A DNA stretch of 64,000 bases from Daphnia carinata (lineage: Eukaryota): positions 4,278,001 to 4,342,000 of the forward strand of contig NC_081331.1 of the NCBI RefSeq assembly GCF_022539665.2. The letters are read 5' to 3'. Position 1 is the stretch's first letter, and every line of letters starts with the position of its first letter. Below, one piece after another: positions 13,771-27,830 of this stretch. Under the pieces are notes generated by a model. The model saw nothing but the letters and a program-made list of their open reading frames with translations, had not been told where the DNA came from and made no database searches. The position numbers and the translations under genes were made by a program.

Positions 13771-16164
13771 GTTTAATACCAAATTGTGTTCATTCCATCA
13801 CTGCTAGAGCTAGAACCATTGAAATATTTTTTAGGTTGTCAGGTGTTTCGATATAAGATGTACGCAGCTAATGGGAATGCGGTACTACTAGCCATATATC
13901 ACCATTTTCTGCAGGTAATTTTTTTTTTGCATTACTTTTAATCTTAAACCCCCAAAAGGCAATAGGGTTGTAGCCAAAAATCATTGTCACAATTATGACA
14001 ACCACTTTTCAGCTGTCAAAGCAGATTTTTCTTTTATGTGCGCCCGATGTGTTTGTCCCAACTCCATTTCTGGAATCCTTTAAGATACTCATCGACAACG
14101 GCCCACAACTTGTGCCAAGTTGAACGACCAGGTGTTGAACAAAGCACTCTAAGGGCTATTGATATGAAAGAAGGATTTCACCCACCAGATTTCAATCTTA
14201 GCTGTCTAAGAACTAAAAGAGAGAGTGCCAAGAAGTCGAGAGGTTATGCCGTGTCACGGCGCAATCGCCATGTGTGGGACTAAAGGGGCGGGTTTCGTTT
14301 GGACGTGTGCTACATCATAGCTAGTCTTCGTTGCTCTCGCTCCCTCTCTTTAGTAGTCCCCAAGAAATGGTATGGACAGTTCCGATTCCTCCAATATAAC
14401 ACCATATAGCGTTCGTCTTGCTCGAAGAAAGATAGTTCGCTGTGCGTGATTCACGAATTTGCATTCAAAGACCTTGTTTTTTTTGCACCAAAGAAGCTTG
14501 TGCAAGCGCCAAATTTGAATATAGAAGCCGTGGTCACCAATACCGGTATGATATAACGTGTAGAAATCTTGAGAAACCTTTGAATTATTGAAGAGGTAGA
14601 CGAATTCAACGGGAAAGTTTACCTTCCTTGCGAAAAGTTTTTTTTTTCCAGTAAACTATCTCATAAAATACTAAACGACTTCCAAATAAGAAAGAACTGC
14701 CACGTTTTCTGAGATCTCATTCCAAATTGAAAGTAGGAGAATAAGTTATTCAGAGACAAAGTTCTTTAATGTTTGACAGTGTCTGAGAACATTTTAATGA
14801 TGCCGTTATTCGTTCATAGCTTCATGATTTTAAAAATTGGTTAAAAGTTTGATAGCGATATAGACAAAGCCAATCAAGCCTCTTGGTGCGTCTCCTAAGT
14901 TCACGCATTTATGCGTTCTTGATAAAGCCAGCCATTTCTCAAAATAAAAGCTATTAACGATAGCGCAGCTTCTTGTGCATTTTCTGTAGCGTAACATAGG
15001 AATTATTTTATATTTAGACTGATTGTAGCGTTGAAAAATGTTTGGTAATGTATTCGATAGCAAACAGTATTGACAGAATCGCGCGTACCTTGCAATTGGT
15101 CGTTTGGTTTTTTTGCAGTTAACTTAGTTCTTAGAGTTTCTTTTCAAGGATTGACTCCGAAACGAAAAGTTGCGCGACACATTTTGCACAATACTTTTTA
15201 ATTGCGTTTCAATAGCGGATCATTTCAGCACTCGACAGCCATTTTTGTGTAAAATTTATTTCTGGAAAAGCCAACTGAAGGCTTTTGACAGTGAACGTTA
15301 AACTTACGTCATCGCTCCTAATTTTTGCGTATTGTGAAGAATTGTACGAATAAACGTCAGCTATTTTGCGCCGTAACTTCTAAAGAGGCAAACGCATGAT
15401 GTATATATAGACATGGAATTGGAAGATGGCTGTCCCGAGAGCATTCGCCTTTTTTTTTTTTTTTATTGTAACTCAAATGCTTTGGAGTTCGGTTGCTATA
15501 TACCGATTGTCTGCCTACCAAGACAAATAGCCTGTCAGCACAATTGTTAGTCTCTGCCCGGGTTGACGTCAAACTAAAATTGTGTTACATCTTATGTTCG
15601 TAGTATGAGGGTGCAACAACAATTTCCTTGGCCGTTTTAAAGAACATTTCGAATCGCGCTATAAACGCGTGTTACTAATGATAGTGTGAATAATGAACAT
15701 ACGTTTATCTTCTTTCTTAGTCTCATATTATTAGTCATGTTTGTTGCCAGTTTTGTAACTCTAATGCCCCGTATATCACTGGTTAAATTCCGTTAAGAGC
15801 AAACAAAAGTCCTTCCAGCTGACGGTACTTGAATGAAGAAACGTTGTGTTCTCTCTTACACGGGGGTACGAGAGTAGTATCTGAGCTGTCCTTAGCTCGA
15901 GTCGGCTTTTGTTGGATCAGTTCCGCCAATCCTCCTATAGTGTCAGCTAGAATTTGTCCTTTTTTTTTTAAAAAAAAAACTAGCTTAATATATTCAGTGA
16001 CCTATTTTCTCTCTGATCGACATTTTCTTAATTTCTAGTAATTGCGTCGTTAGCCAAGAACTGATAAATTTTTAGTTTGAAAACATTTGCGAATGTCAAT
16101 CAAAATCCTTATTTTTGCTTGTGTATTTTTAGGAGTTCTTTGAACTTCCAGAAATTGGAGCCTG

Positions 16165-19100
16165 ATGGCGCTCCAGTGGAATGACGGAAACTTGACGGTT
16201 GTCGATTCGGACCTGATGTTCTTTGATCACAGCAACTACAACTGGAGCCATAACAACAGCGTCTTGGAAGACACTTCACAAAATGACCAGTTCAATTTAC
16301 CGTGGTGGAGAATCGTCCTTTGGACAATGCTCTTCGCCGTTATGGTTGTTGTCAGCACCGGAGGAAATTTGATTGTCATCTGGATCGTTCTGGCTGACCG
16401 GAGAATGCGCACGGTCACGAACTACTTTCTGGTAGTCAGTTTTTGAAAGCAACATCGCAATTGTCATCCCTTACTAATTCATACCCTTTTGCATACATTC
16501 TGGCAGGTCAATCTATCAATCGCGGACACGATGGTCTCGACGCTCAACGTCATATTCAATTTCATCAGTATGGTCACCAATGATTGGCCATTTGGCCGGA
16601 TTTACTGCAAAATATCGCAATTCGTAGCCGTCATCTCCATCTGCGGAAGCGTCTTCACTCTCATGGCAATCTCCATCGAAAGGTAAGCCAATCCTATCTA
16701 CAGCTCTTGTCGTTTTAGTTGCTCGTCGCTAGTGTTAATTAGACAAAATATGGACTGACAGAAAGCTGCTGTTGCTCTCTGTACTACACACTGCGAAACC
16801 GCTCAGATGAGTCCAGGGTGTACGGACGTTTTGCCAGTAAAAACAAAAAGGGCACGGCCATGAAACGCGGTGATTTCTTTCGTTTTTTTAAAGCGTCTGC
16901 CAAGTTAAGCTTGAATCACAATATTGGTCCACTTAGCCGCTTTGAATCCATCAGAACCTTTTTTTCCGCGTTTCTGCTGCGCCATTGTAGGCCACACGGC
17001 TTGCGGTCTATGCAAAATCGGTTCTGAATGGGACGCGTTCAACTCTGACGCCCTGCTGTCTAAAGCCTTTCTCTTTTACTACGTTTCGTGGGCGACGCTA
17101 TATGGCAAAGATTTAAGCTGCCAAGAGGCTGTGAAAAAACTTCATTTTGCCATTATTTTGTTTTCCGGGTACTATTTTCTTATTATTAAACGCGGCCGAA
17201 CTCTATTCGCTTTATCGTTAAACGCGTATCGATCGCCGGTTAGCGAGAAAAATAGCTACAGGATTGGATTGCGACTCGCAATAGCTACCACGCCCTCACC
17301 GTGTCTTGTATTCAACATTTCGTTATTCCGTAAAAGCTTATGTAGTATACGCAAGGATTTCTGCAATGAATGGATTGCTGAGTCTGCTCATCGTGTGGGT
17401 AAACGGATGCTTTTAAAATGCTGTTTGTTTGAGATAAACGGCATACCAAAAACAAGACGAAGAAAAGTAAACCACGTCATCGGGGGAGATAGAGGGTTGC
17501 AAAAAAAATGCAGCGGCTGAGAACGACTGGAGGGTCAATCCATTGGCTGTGTGATTCCGCGCTGCGAAAAACCATAGTTGCTTCTGGCTTCTTCTCGTTG
17601 TCGGCTACGAATCGCTTGGCTGGTTTGATTGATCAAAAAGGGAACGTCACGCCAATGTGTTCCCTCACGGCTGAGCGATTCCGGCCAAATATATTGCTGC
17701 AACGAGCAATCGAATACTAAAAGAATCTATCACGAAAAATTCGTTGAATGTAGTCAAGACTGTCAATAATAGTTATCCGCTTATTGACGCTTGTCGTATT
17801 ACCTTAAAGTATTACCGACTTTTAGAAACGGATTCAGTTTTGCGTTCGCACAATTTTCTCCCTCAATTTCTTTAGTTGGGTATTTCTTTGATTCCTTCAA
17901 ATATTGAAGGATTTTTTTTTATCCCTTAAAATATTCAGAATATATCCGAATAAATTTACAAGTAAATGTTGTTTGCCGAAGGACCCCTTTTTTGTGGGGC
18001 CCGTCAATCAAATTGCTACACGTTTCAATTCTCTGCGTGAGCTTCTGTAATCGAATTGTTGAGTTTTCGTTGGCGTTACACGGTCAAATCGTGGCTGTGG
18101 AATCAATATTGAATCCGTCGAGTTGGCAACACATAGTTGTACGGCTACTACAAGTAAACCGGTTTCCCTATGTTTTTGTTATTTTTGAATATTTTTACCT
18201 CGCAAATTTCGGACCCTGCGCTTTGAAAGAAAAGAAAAACTAACCTTCTTATTTTCTTGTCAAAGAAAAATCTACAATTTGATTCCTGTTTTCATTTGGA
18301 TACTCGTGTTTTTCAACCACAACGGGGTTACGTCGGGTTCTTGATAGCTACAAAGCTACAATGGTCGACAACAGGACAAAACTTAATTTCACGACTAAGG
18401 AAAAATGGAAACATTTTTAAAGCTTGTTCTTTCCTTTTTTAGTTGTTCAGGAGTTCTCTTAGTCGATAAGTACACGTCTTTTGCGCTAGAGCGCATCCAA
18501 GTTTTTTGAAAAAAGCTCCGTTTTTTTCCCTTTACATTCTTGAACAATTTCTTGTCAAAAATTTGACTTCCAAATTGCGTCGTGTTTTGTTTCTCTTCCT
18601 ATGTTTTTTTTTAACGTTCTAGCTAGTCTGCGTTATGGCCAAGCTGTGTTACGTGCAGTTTCCTCAACACCAACATGTCTCGGGGCGTATCAAATAGTCC
18701 GTATACTTTATTCAGTTTTTTTTTCCTATCTGAATGTCAAAGAGCGATGCTGAACTTTTGGCATTCGCCAAGGGCCTTTACGGTTGTGCGTGAGACAAAG
18801 AGACGCTCGCCAATGACTCTTTAACGGTCCGTAAAACTCAAATTTTCTTTGATACGTTAAAGATGGAAAACAAAAATAAGAAAAATTCACGGTCTTTTGT
18901 TACTATCTTCCTAACGCGGAGCTGCAGATTAAATGTTATTTTATTCGTGCCTCAGAGAAACCCGAAACGTACACCAACAGCCAATTAAATCCACAAAACA
19001 TCGTTTCACCGATATGTTGGGAGTAAACACAAAAGCAAAAGTTCGTTATTCTACACTCCTATTTTCAAATGTAATCGAGTATGTTTTCCCGCTCACTTGT

Positions 19101-22100
19101 CTGGCGGGTTTATTCTTCAAACTTGCACTCGTTTTTTTTTTTTTTTTTTGTAAGAAGTCAATAGTTAATTACGTGTCTGCGAGCGACTTTATAAGAGACG
19201 ACGCTTCGTTATTTTTCATGTTTCTCTTGTACGCAGTGTTCCACATTTTCCATTTCGGCAGCTCGATGAAATAAATGCCAAATAGAAAAATGTGAGTAAG
19301 GCCTGCGTGTTGAACAAAAACATTCAGGAGAAGGCAGTATAAATTTCTTTTGATGTATACTGCCAGAGCAAATATCGTGCTGCTGGGAAAGCCATCAGCT
19401 ACTGTCACTGTAACTTACACACACATCTAACGAACGAAGGGGATGTTTTTTTTTTTCTTTAGTGTCAACATTCAAAAGTGCGTCACGTGCAACTAAAAGG
19501 GAATAAAAACACGGAGTAAAAAAAAATACGACTGTTTGGTATGACCTGACCCCAACAAAGTATGGTTTGCACTTGTAGATTATGTGGTGTAATGTCGTGC
19601 ACATCTGGGAACAAGTTTGCTCGTCAGGCATTTTTCTTTTTTTGCTTTGGAAGCGTGACGATGGGGTAGCTCATTTCCTGCAAAGAGTTTCGACATCGAC
19701 AATCGGAAGGAATTCATTCTGTTGTACGGTTTCTTTTTTTTTTTTCTAAACAAGTGCAGTTTACGTGGCAATCTAGCTGGCAGTTATCATGAAGCCTTAG
19801 TATACGAAACTGGGATTTTCCTTGCTGATCTATCTCGCTTTATAGATGTGCGCTATATGGCCATCGGTGCGTAATCTTCTGCAGAATTTTAGAGGCCAAC
19901 TTTTTAGCCTCTAGTTGAAATAACAAGCAGCTATGTAGTTACCTTATATCCTTAAGGTAGTAATAAAATTCAGATCATATTCGCTCGGGGAGAAATCGGG
20001 TCTAGTGTTATCGCTAGTAAAACGCCCTAACAATCTACGCTTATGCACCCGTCGGAGTAAATAAACAACTATGCCATTCGGCACATCCAGACAGTTAGGT
20101 TGCGTGATAAAGTATTCTTTTTTACGTCTGTTGAACAAAAAAAAGGGGGGAATGAAAAACTTTTATTTCCCTTTTTTTCAGTTTAACAAAAGTTTGCGGA
20201 AGAACCGTGTTCGGTAGACTCACAAACGCGGGACCCAATTCAATCGCAACTACAGTCGAGTCAGAAGATCCATCATGTTCTTTTTTGTGCCTTATGCGAA
20301 CTTCGAAACATGGACTTTGAAGAATTCAAACAACGTTTATTCCTTGTAGTATAAAAGCCACTTCGAAGAGACCATTACGTATGGGCATTTTTGAAATATA
20401 TCAACCGATTCAGTTGGGGGAAACAAACGTTGTTCGTAATTAAACGCGACGAAGTCGAATAACCAAACTTCTCGATCAACTTGTTGCACGTACGAAACTG
20501 AACGCGTTGAATAATTTTTGTTCCTTTTCTTTTGCAAACTTTTCGAGTCTTCATTTTAATGAGGATCACAAATGCCTCTAGGAATAATGCAATTCATGTC
20601 GAAAAACGTATGAATCACTGCAAGTAGTTTGAAACGGCCCTGCTTTCAACAAGTTTAAGAGCGAGCTGAATTGCTTTACATATCATTACGAGTTCGTTAC
20701 CGTAGCGTCGCAAATTGAAAGAAAACAAAGGCAAACTCTCATTCGTCCCAAATCTCTTTTATCTTTTTTTTCTTTTTTACCAAAAAAAAAAAGAAATTAG
20801 TAGAATGGCAGAGCGTCTTTTGTTTTTGTTTTACAACCCGAGCTCGATTCCGTGCGGAACTTGTATGCAAGTTGCAATGATACAGTCATAATCTTTTATA
20901 GCGAGCCGGTGAATAATACTTGGCATCTTTATCCGACCGTTTGACGATACACTATTACGGACCAACAAGCCTTTTTCTTTGTTCCCCAAATGCAAATCAA
21001 AAGTCAGTAGATACCCTGTAAAGTATATGAAGTCCTATAGTTCATTTGCTAGGAACTGGTTGAGCGAATTTTCTTTTTCAGACCGACTTAAATACAACCC
21101 TTGCTGTAGGATTAGTATTCTTTAAAAAGAAAATGTAAATTTTGGACAATGTAAGACTAATAACAAAACCTCATCATCTCAAAGGTTGCCAGTTGATTAC
21201 GGGCATGCATTGTGGGGCGTTCTTGGATTAGTAAGCAATTAGGCCTATGCATGTTTTGCCAACATCAGCCTGCAAGCAGATATTGCCAGAGACGCTTTCA
21301 AAACGTAAATGGAGCATTATTACGTAGGCATCGTGTGGCAATATAATTCCCATTTCCCCCCCTGAAACTCTGACGTTGGAGCTGCAGTAACTGTCAAACG
21401 ACGTCGAGCAAGGTTCAGGTTGTGATCCGCATTTTTCTGTACGGATTACCATTTCGTAAGCAAAAAACATTCCGCATTGCGGTTTTTGAATCAACGAGCG
21501 AAAACTATTCACCACATCGCGTAGATCCAAGTTGTAGTTTTCCAGATAGTTATCTAGTAAGAAACTAAAACCTTGCAATCTTTTTAAGAAGTTGAGATGA
21601 GGAGGTAACGCAAGTTTTAATCATCCCTGGTTCAGACATGATAGCTAACGAGGAAGAAGTTTAACGAACTACGCAGGTGCATAAAAATTTCCGTCAGGTG
21701 TCACGTTCCATCTTCGCCGCCAAAAAGATGAAACGCAGCAGCGTCGTGTACCTTCAACAAATAATTAGACCTCCAAACTTTAGCTGGAAATGGATTAATG
21801 AGGGATACACACACCGTAAGAAGATTTTGATGTATATTTTCCATAATGGTGTGTTTTACGTCACGTACGACACCCTCTTTTATAATGTTGATGCGATTCA
21901 TCTTTGCATGATGGATTTTGAATTTTAAAATGAATCTACATTTCGCAGAATATGAAACACTTGATTATACGTAAAGTAAACATATCCTACGGACGAAATA
22001 CGCATCGGATATTTGACGGTTTTTGTACAATCCAATGGGTTCCTCGAAGTGCATTTTCAGTTGACGTCTCATACTTTAAATTCAATTGCCACGTGTAGCT

Positions 22101-25100
22101 CGTGGAAATCTTTCTATAACGTGGAGATTACATATACGCGTTGTATTTTCAATATTCAATTTACGAACCGGAAAATTATGCGTCCATTTGGTCTGCACTT
22201 GGCGTGTGATTTCAAGCGATCGAGACCCGAATCCATTGAAAACCTTAAATTTCGTTAGTGTTTCTCATTCTATTTCTCCTTTACGTTTTTTTCGTCCTCC
22301 CACACGAAAGTTCCATGCAATATCATATGATGAATAAATTTGTATCGACCGAGTTAGTGAAGTGTCACTACGCAAGAGTTATTTTCTCGTGCCGGCAGTT
22401 ATTTTTATCCCCAGACGAACTGCTTTGTATCAACGACGTTATTCTCTCGCATCGCCAGACCCAGGAATACGTAAAATCCAATGATGCTTTTAAATCAACT
22501 ATGTATACCGAGTTGCAGTCGTAATCCATGAGAATACATTGAGCACTCCAGATGGCTCCCTTGTTGGAAATAAATCTCGAAAACGTATAGCTATTGACAG
22601 CGATGACAAACAGCACGCGAAAAGATATTCACGCGGAATTGAGCAGGTGCTTTAATCAAACACAACCAATGCACACGCATACATCCCCTCATAAAAAATG
22701 ATTTAATGTCGTACTTCGTAAGAAAATCAATCGATATCGATCATTACATTTCTTTCTCCTTGTTCACTTTTAAAAATAGATATTTGGCTATAATGTACCC
22801 CTTACGGCGAAGGATGGGCAAGATGACGACCATCGGCATCGCTTTGAGCATCTGGATGGCCAGCTTACTCATATCGACTCCGCACGTCTTGTATTCCACC
22901 ACCATTACGTACAATGAATCCGGACGTACGGCTTGTTACCTCGCCTGGCCTGATGGTCCCACCTTCGAGAGCTACCAAGAGTACATGTAAGTCTTACAAA
23001 TTGTTTGCTAATTATTTGGACATTTGCCCGATCTTGCATTCGTATCCAGTCACATTACGTATACGAGGTTAATACCATTTCGCCGCGTTCTGGTACTTAG
23101 TTCTTGCGCTTAATGTGCGAGTTGGCTTGTAGTCAACGGCCGCCGTTTTCACACAATGCATACATGTCTTGATTTCTCACTTGATCTTCTTATCACGTTC
23201 CACTTTGTGTACAGATATAACGTGATGTTGACCATCCTCACGTACTTCTTGCCTATTTGCGCCATGGGCTACGCTTATTTCCAAGTCGGAGTGGAACTGT
23301 GGGGTAGCCAAGGGATCGGCGAGTGCACGGATCATCAAATGGAGAATGTCCGGTCCAAACGACGGGCACGTATTATTTTTTTTGCTTATTTAGATTTAGA
23401 ATTATTCTTTTGCGCTTGTTCTCCGGATATCCTTATCCAGCTACCTGAAAATTGATGGTGCAAACAACTAAACAGGGTGTGGCCCCATTCGTATCACGCA
23501 GGAAGGGACGTTTACATTGTTTTGGGCGGAATAGGAGATCCGAAATAGAACAATAGAAAATAGGAAATGACGATAGCGGGAGTAAAGAGGGGGGAATTAT
23601 TATTCGGTTGTTTTCTTATTGGGACGAAGGCCAAGTTTGTGTCGGCTCTGATTAAAAACTAGCAATCCATAAGAGAATGCTCGTTGGGAACCGAGGTATA
23701 ATTGTGTGCATCATCACTCATTCCGCGTGACTTTCTCTAGGGTATGCACAATGCCACAAAAGGCTGTTTTCCTCGACCGTGCACAGTTCCGTCGGTCTAA
23801 TGCACAGCATAAACTAATCACAAAACAGGCTCAACCATTGGCATCGGTAAAATGCCAACCATTTTTTTTTTTAAACATCTTTCTTAAAATTATTTTCGTG
23901 TTTTCAGACCTTGAAAATGTAGACATTGTTGCGCCGGTGCGTGCGTCATCATCAAGCTGATGTTTTTCTATTTTTTCATGAAAAAGAAAATTTAATTATC
24001 GCTCGTCTTTCTTTTCATTAATTACTCGGAAGGAAAACTGTCTGCATTTTTTTCAGCACATTTTCCGGGAGGTCTAATTCTGTTAAGTTTGGCTACTCTA
24101 ATGAGCCTTGCAGTGTTCCCCCGAAATGCTAAGATAAACACTTGCGCGCTAATTTCTCCTGTCGGTGGCTAGGGACGGGCCGAGTTTTGTTCATGAAACA
24201 AGAAACAGAGAAACAATGTTTTACCAAAAATATTTTTTCTTATTATTGTATACTCCGTGCCACGTTGTCATTTGATCGAGTGTTTTCTCCTTTTCCTCCG
24301 TACCCTAAAGCTTCGCTACATCATTAATAACGATCAGGTGTATTATGAATAGCCCTTTTTACAAGTTGGTCTTCTTTTTTTGCATAATATCCAGTATTCC
24401 GTGTCGCCCATGTATTATGGTATCGAATTTCTTAGGACGAGCAATCGGGAAATGACATTGAAAGCTTTTCTTATTTTGTATGCTGAGCTACTTCCGTTTC
24501 CTTCCTACATTTTTTTTTTTAAGCTTTTGAAAAGCTAAGAGGATCTCAGCGGACATGTGCCAGCTAACATTGACGCAAACATTTTTTTTTTCGATATCTT
24601 GGGAAGTTATTGTTGCTAGATTGAATGCGTAGCCACGGTACATGTAGCTTAGGCATTGAGATTGTACGGTCCCCGTTCTTGCCTCATAGGACAATGATGT
24701 CAACGAGGATTTTGCCTTAGGTAGGCAGAGGAGATTCGGATCGTTTGTGCGCGAAAAGAATACCGTTTTCTTTAAGCTAGTAGAAAGCAGGTATTAAAAG
24801 TACGTTGAATAGCTTTATTTGTTTGTTTTTTTCAAAACCGAGTGCAAGCCTTCGTCCAAGATTACGTGGCATCACCAGGCCGAATCTATACGAGATGACA
24901 GATTAAGTTTATCGAGGCAAAAAGGGTAGGGTGACCATTCTCAAAGTTTAATTAGTGATACATGTATAGAATGGCAGATGAAAAGCACGTGAATAATTGT
25001 CATTGCTCATTTGCATAGGTTGTCAAAATGATGATTGTAGTCGTGACGATCTTCGCCATATGCTGGCTACCCTATCACGTTTACTTCATCGTGTCGTGGC

Positions 25101-26492
25101 TGTTTCAAGAGATCAACCAATGGTCGCACATTCAGGAAATTTACCTTGGAACGTACTGGCTGGCCATGTCCAATTCAATGTACAATCCCATCATCTACTG
25201 CTGGATGAACTCGAGGTATTGTGCCACAATATTAATACTAACGCTCACGGTGTGTTTTAGCTTTTTTGAAAATAAGATTAGCAATGTACTGATAGTTAGC
25301 TATCAATTGATGCGTGATGTGCGTACGTACTTCACTCGTTGAACATTTGGAATGATTACAACGTCGATCGATGGCGAGAGACGACATTCTTTGGCGTTGA
25401 CATTGCAGCGCTTTGAAGTGAAACTCGTAATGAATTTGAAAAGATCAAGCAAAACTTGTACAAGAGATATCGGTGTTAGCATAAAATTATGCAAGTAGAG
25501 AAGCTTTGCTTTTCTCTCGTTTCTCCTTTTTTTAAAAGGAAGAAATAAAAGCGTAACAATTGTGGGCATCTATTGTGCGCTTTGTTGCTACGATGGAAAT
25601 CCGTCCAGTGCCGTAAGACATTCTGAGGGGGAATTTACTTTCGTTTCCTGGTCATGTGTCCCATGCGTTTGGACAACAATACAGAACTTTCTTTTATCGT
25701 TGACGAAAACATGTTGAAGGAGAAAACGAACGCCGCGGTTTTAAAAAGAAAAAAAAAAGTACGCTGAAAAGGGTGGCGGCCATTGTACCACCACGGCATG
25801 TGTAACAGACAGCTTGTTTATTTTTGCTATTGAATTTCTAAAAAAAAAAAAAATAAAAAAGGTTGAAGAGAAAGAAAAATGAGTGGAACAGACATCTCCC
25901 ATGTGTTTAATCTTCCAACTTTCACGATGAGTAAGGTTCCGCAAGGGCTTCCGGCGCGTGTTCTACTTTTGGTTCCCCTGCTTCAAACGTCCCGGTGATA
26001 CCTTTCCTCGCAACGGAGCAACAGCACAGTGGAACAGCTGTCCCGGATCGCCCGATCATGCTCGAAGCGGCCGTAATGGTGAGTTATAAAAATAATAACA
26101 AATAAATGAAAAGCAAACAAGCAAGGCCCACATTCCCGCACTTACGCACAGACAAAGATGTGAGCATATCGCCCATGACTCGTGAGAACACGGAAGCACA
26201 TTTACTACGATTTTACGAGCTATTTACACTTCTCCGTTATGGTTCCGAGTTACCGTACTCCAAGTGTCGAGAGCTGAAAGAATCACCTGTTTGAAATGGG
26301 AGTCCTAATTTGAATTGTCTGTTCATAGGAGGAACGAGCATTACGATGATGCCATTGCATCATTTGAACCCAGCGACTGCGCGCTATGATCGGAATCGCC
26401 AGCTGATCAACCAGCAGCGGCCTAAAGTAACCCAATGTACCATTGGAGGCATCCCAGCACGATCGCAGAGGGAAGAAGATATCTTTGCATAG
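16165..26492 (+). CDS. TkR99D: Tachykinin-like peptide receptor (class A GPCR, TkR99D-type), about 434 aa, 7 coding exons
   Basis: Exons 16165-16431, 16507-16682, 22780-22986, 23215-23365, 25019-25215, 25936-26078 and 26329-26492 sum to 1305 nt in frame. Motifs: [19 protein letters not shown]...[61 protein letters not shown]...[28 protein letters not shown] and [26 protein letters not shown]. By recalled sequence these segments are closer to Drosophila TkR99D than to TkR86C. Confidence 0.93.
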
Positions 26493-27830
26493 AAAAGGTA
26501 AAAATTTAGGCCAGAGAATGAAGATCAGATTTTGTTTTGTTTTTATTGTAAACTAAAAATCAAGCCAGGACCAACCCGAAAGAGGCACGTCAGAAATAAT
26601 CGTGATTCTCTCACATCCTACGTAAGAAAGAAAAAAAAAAAAAAAAAAAAAACAAGTTGCTTTAGCGTGCGTATCAATCTTGTTAAGAAAGAAACCAATG
26701 AAGCGAACGTTTATTGCTGTTCATGGTTTCTTTAGTATTTGTTTATTTATTTTCAATTGCCGAATGTTATTCTCGTTCTGACATCACGTCCTCAATCGCA
26801 CGATATCTGTTTAGATATTTGTGTATATCGTACTTGTTCACTTCCCTTCGGGATATCACGAAGCGATTATTATCTATTACCGTTCGTGAATTGGGTGTTG
26901 GATATCCGGTATCTCATGTACATAACCCATTTTTTTTTCTTTATGCTATTCAATCATCAAAAAGAAAGTGGAACAAACCGTTTAGCACGTATTTCTTCAA
27001 AAAAAAGCAGTCTAAACGATTAGAAAATGAAAATAATGAAGTGTATATTTAAAGTCGAACGGATAAAATAGATGCGAATGGGTTCATCATTTAGATATTC
27101 AATGTTATTTTTGGGGTGAGTGTTAGTGTCACGAGGATATATGTACAGCGTATAATAATTATGCAATTTTTTGCTGTCGGACATGTAAAGTAGAGAGCAC
27201 AAGTGAAAAAAAAAAATTTAACCGTTTTTTGCTTACGTGATATCAATTCTTACATGGTAAATTCAAATCTCGGGAGCGACATCGCTCTCTGAATTTGCGA
27301 AAAAAATACAAACAAAAAACTGAATAGCCAAGAGGTAAAAAGCAATTGGTGCAAAATCGAAATCCGATTCGATCAAAATCTTTTCTTTCTCTTCCTTTCT
27401 CTTTTTTTTTGCATATTATATTTTTAAAATATTATTTTGACGGTGATAATGTTTCGGTGTCGAAATAATTTCCTTGCGATGTGTTGTATGTAAAACCGAA
27501 CAAATGACTTTTGGGGTGATTGAAAATTGATTCAATAAGCGGCACATCTATGCAGGAAATGACACGATACCAAAATAATGAATAATCAATGATTTAACTG
27601 TGCACAAAAAAAATTATAATATTCTTTTCAAATATCAGCAATGTGAGAAAGATTCGATGTATTGTGTTAGTATGATGAAGACAAATAAATGTTGATCTTA
27701 TTATTTATATCATAGAAGCTGGACGGCTATCACAGTCAAAAGACAGAATGTTTTTAAAAAAATGCATTTTTAATGTAAAACGAAGAAGAATGTAAATAAA
27801 GACTTACGCCGCTGAAAACGAACATAAAAG

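Noticed and set aside
16924..17520. 198-aa ORF inside receptor intron 2
   Set aside because: It starts with TTG, has no recognisable motif, and is not needed for the receptor reading frame.
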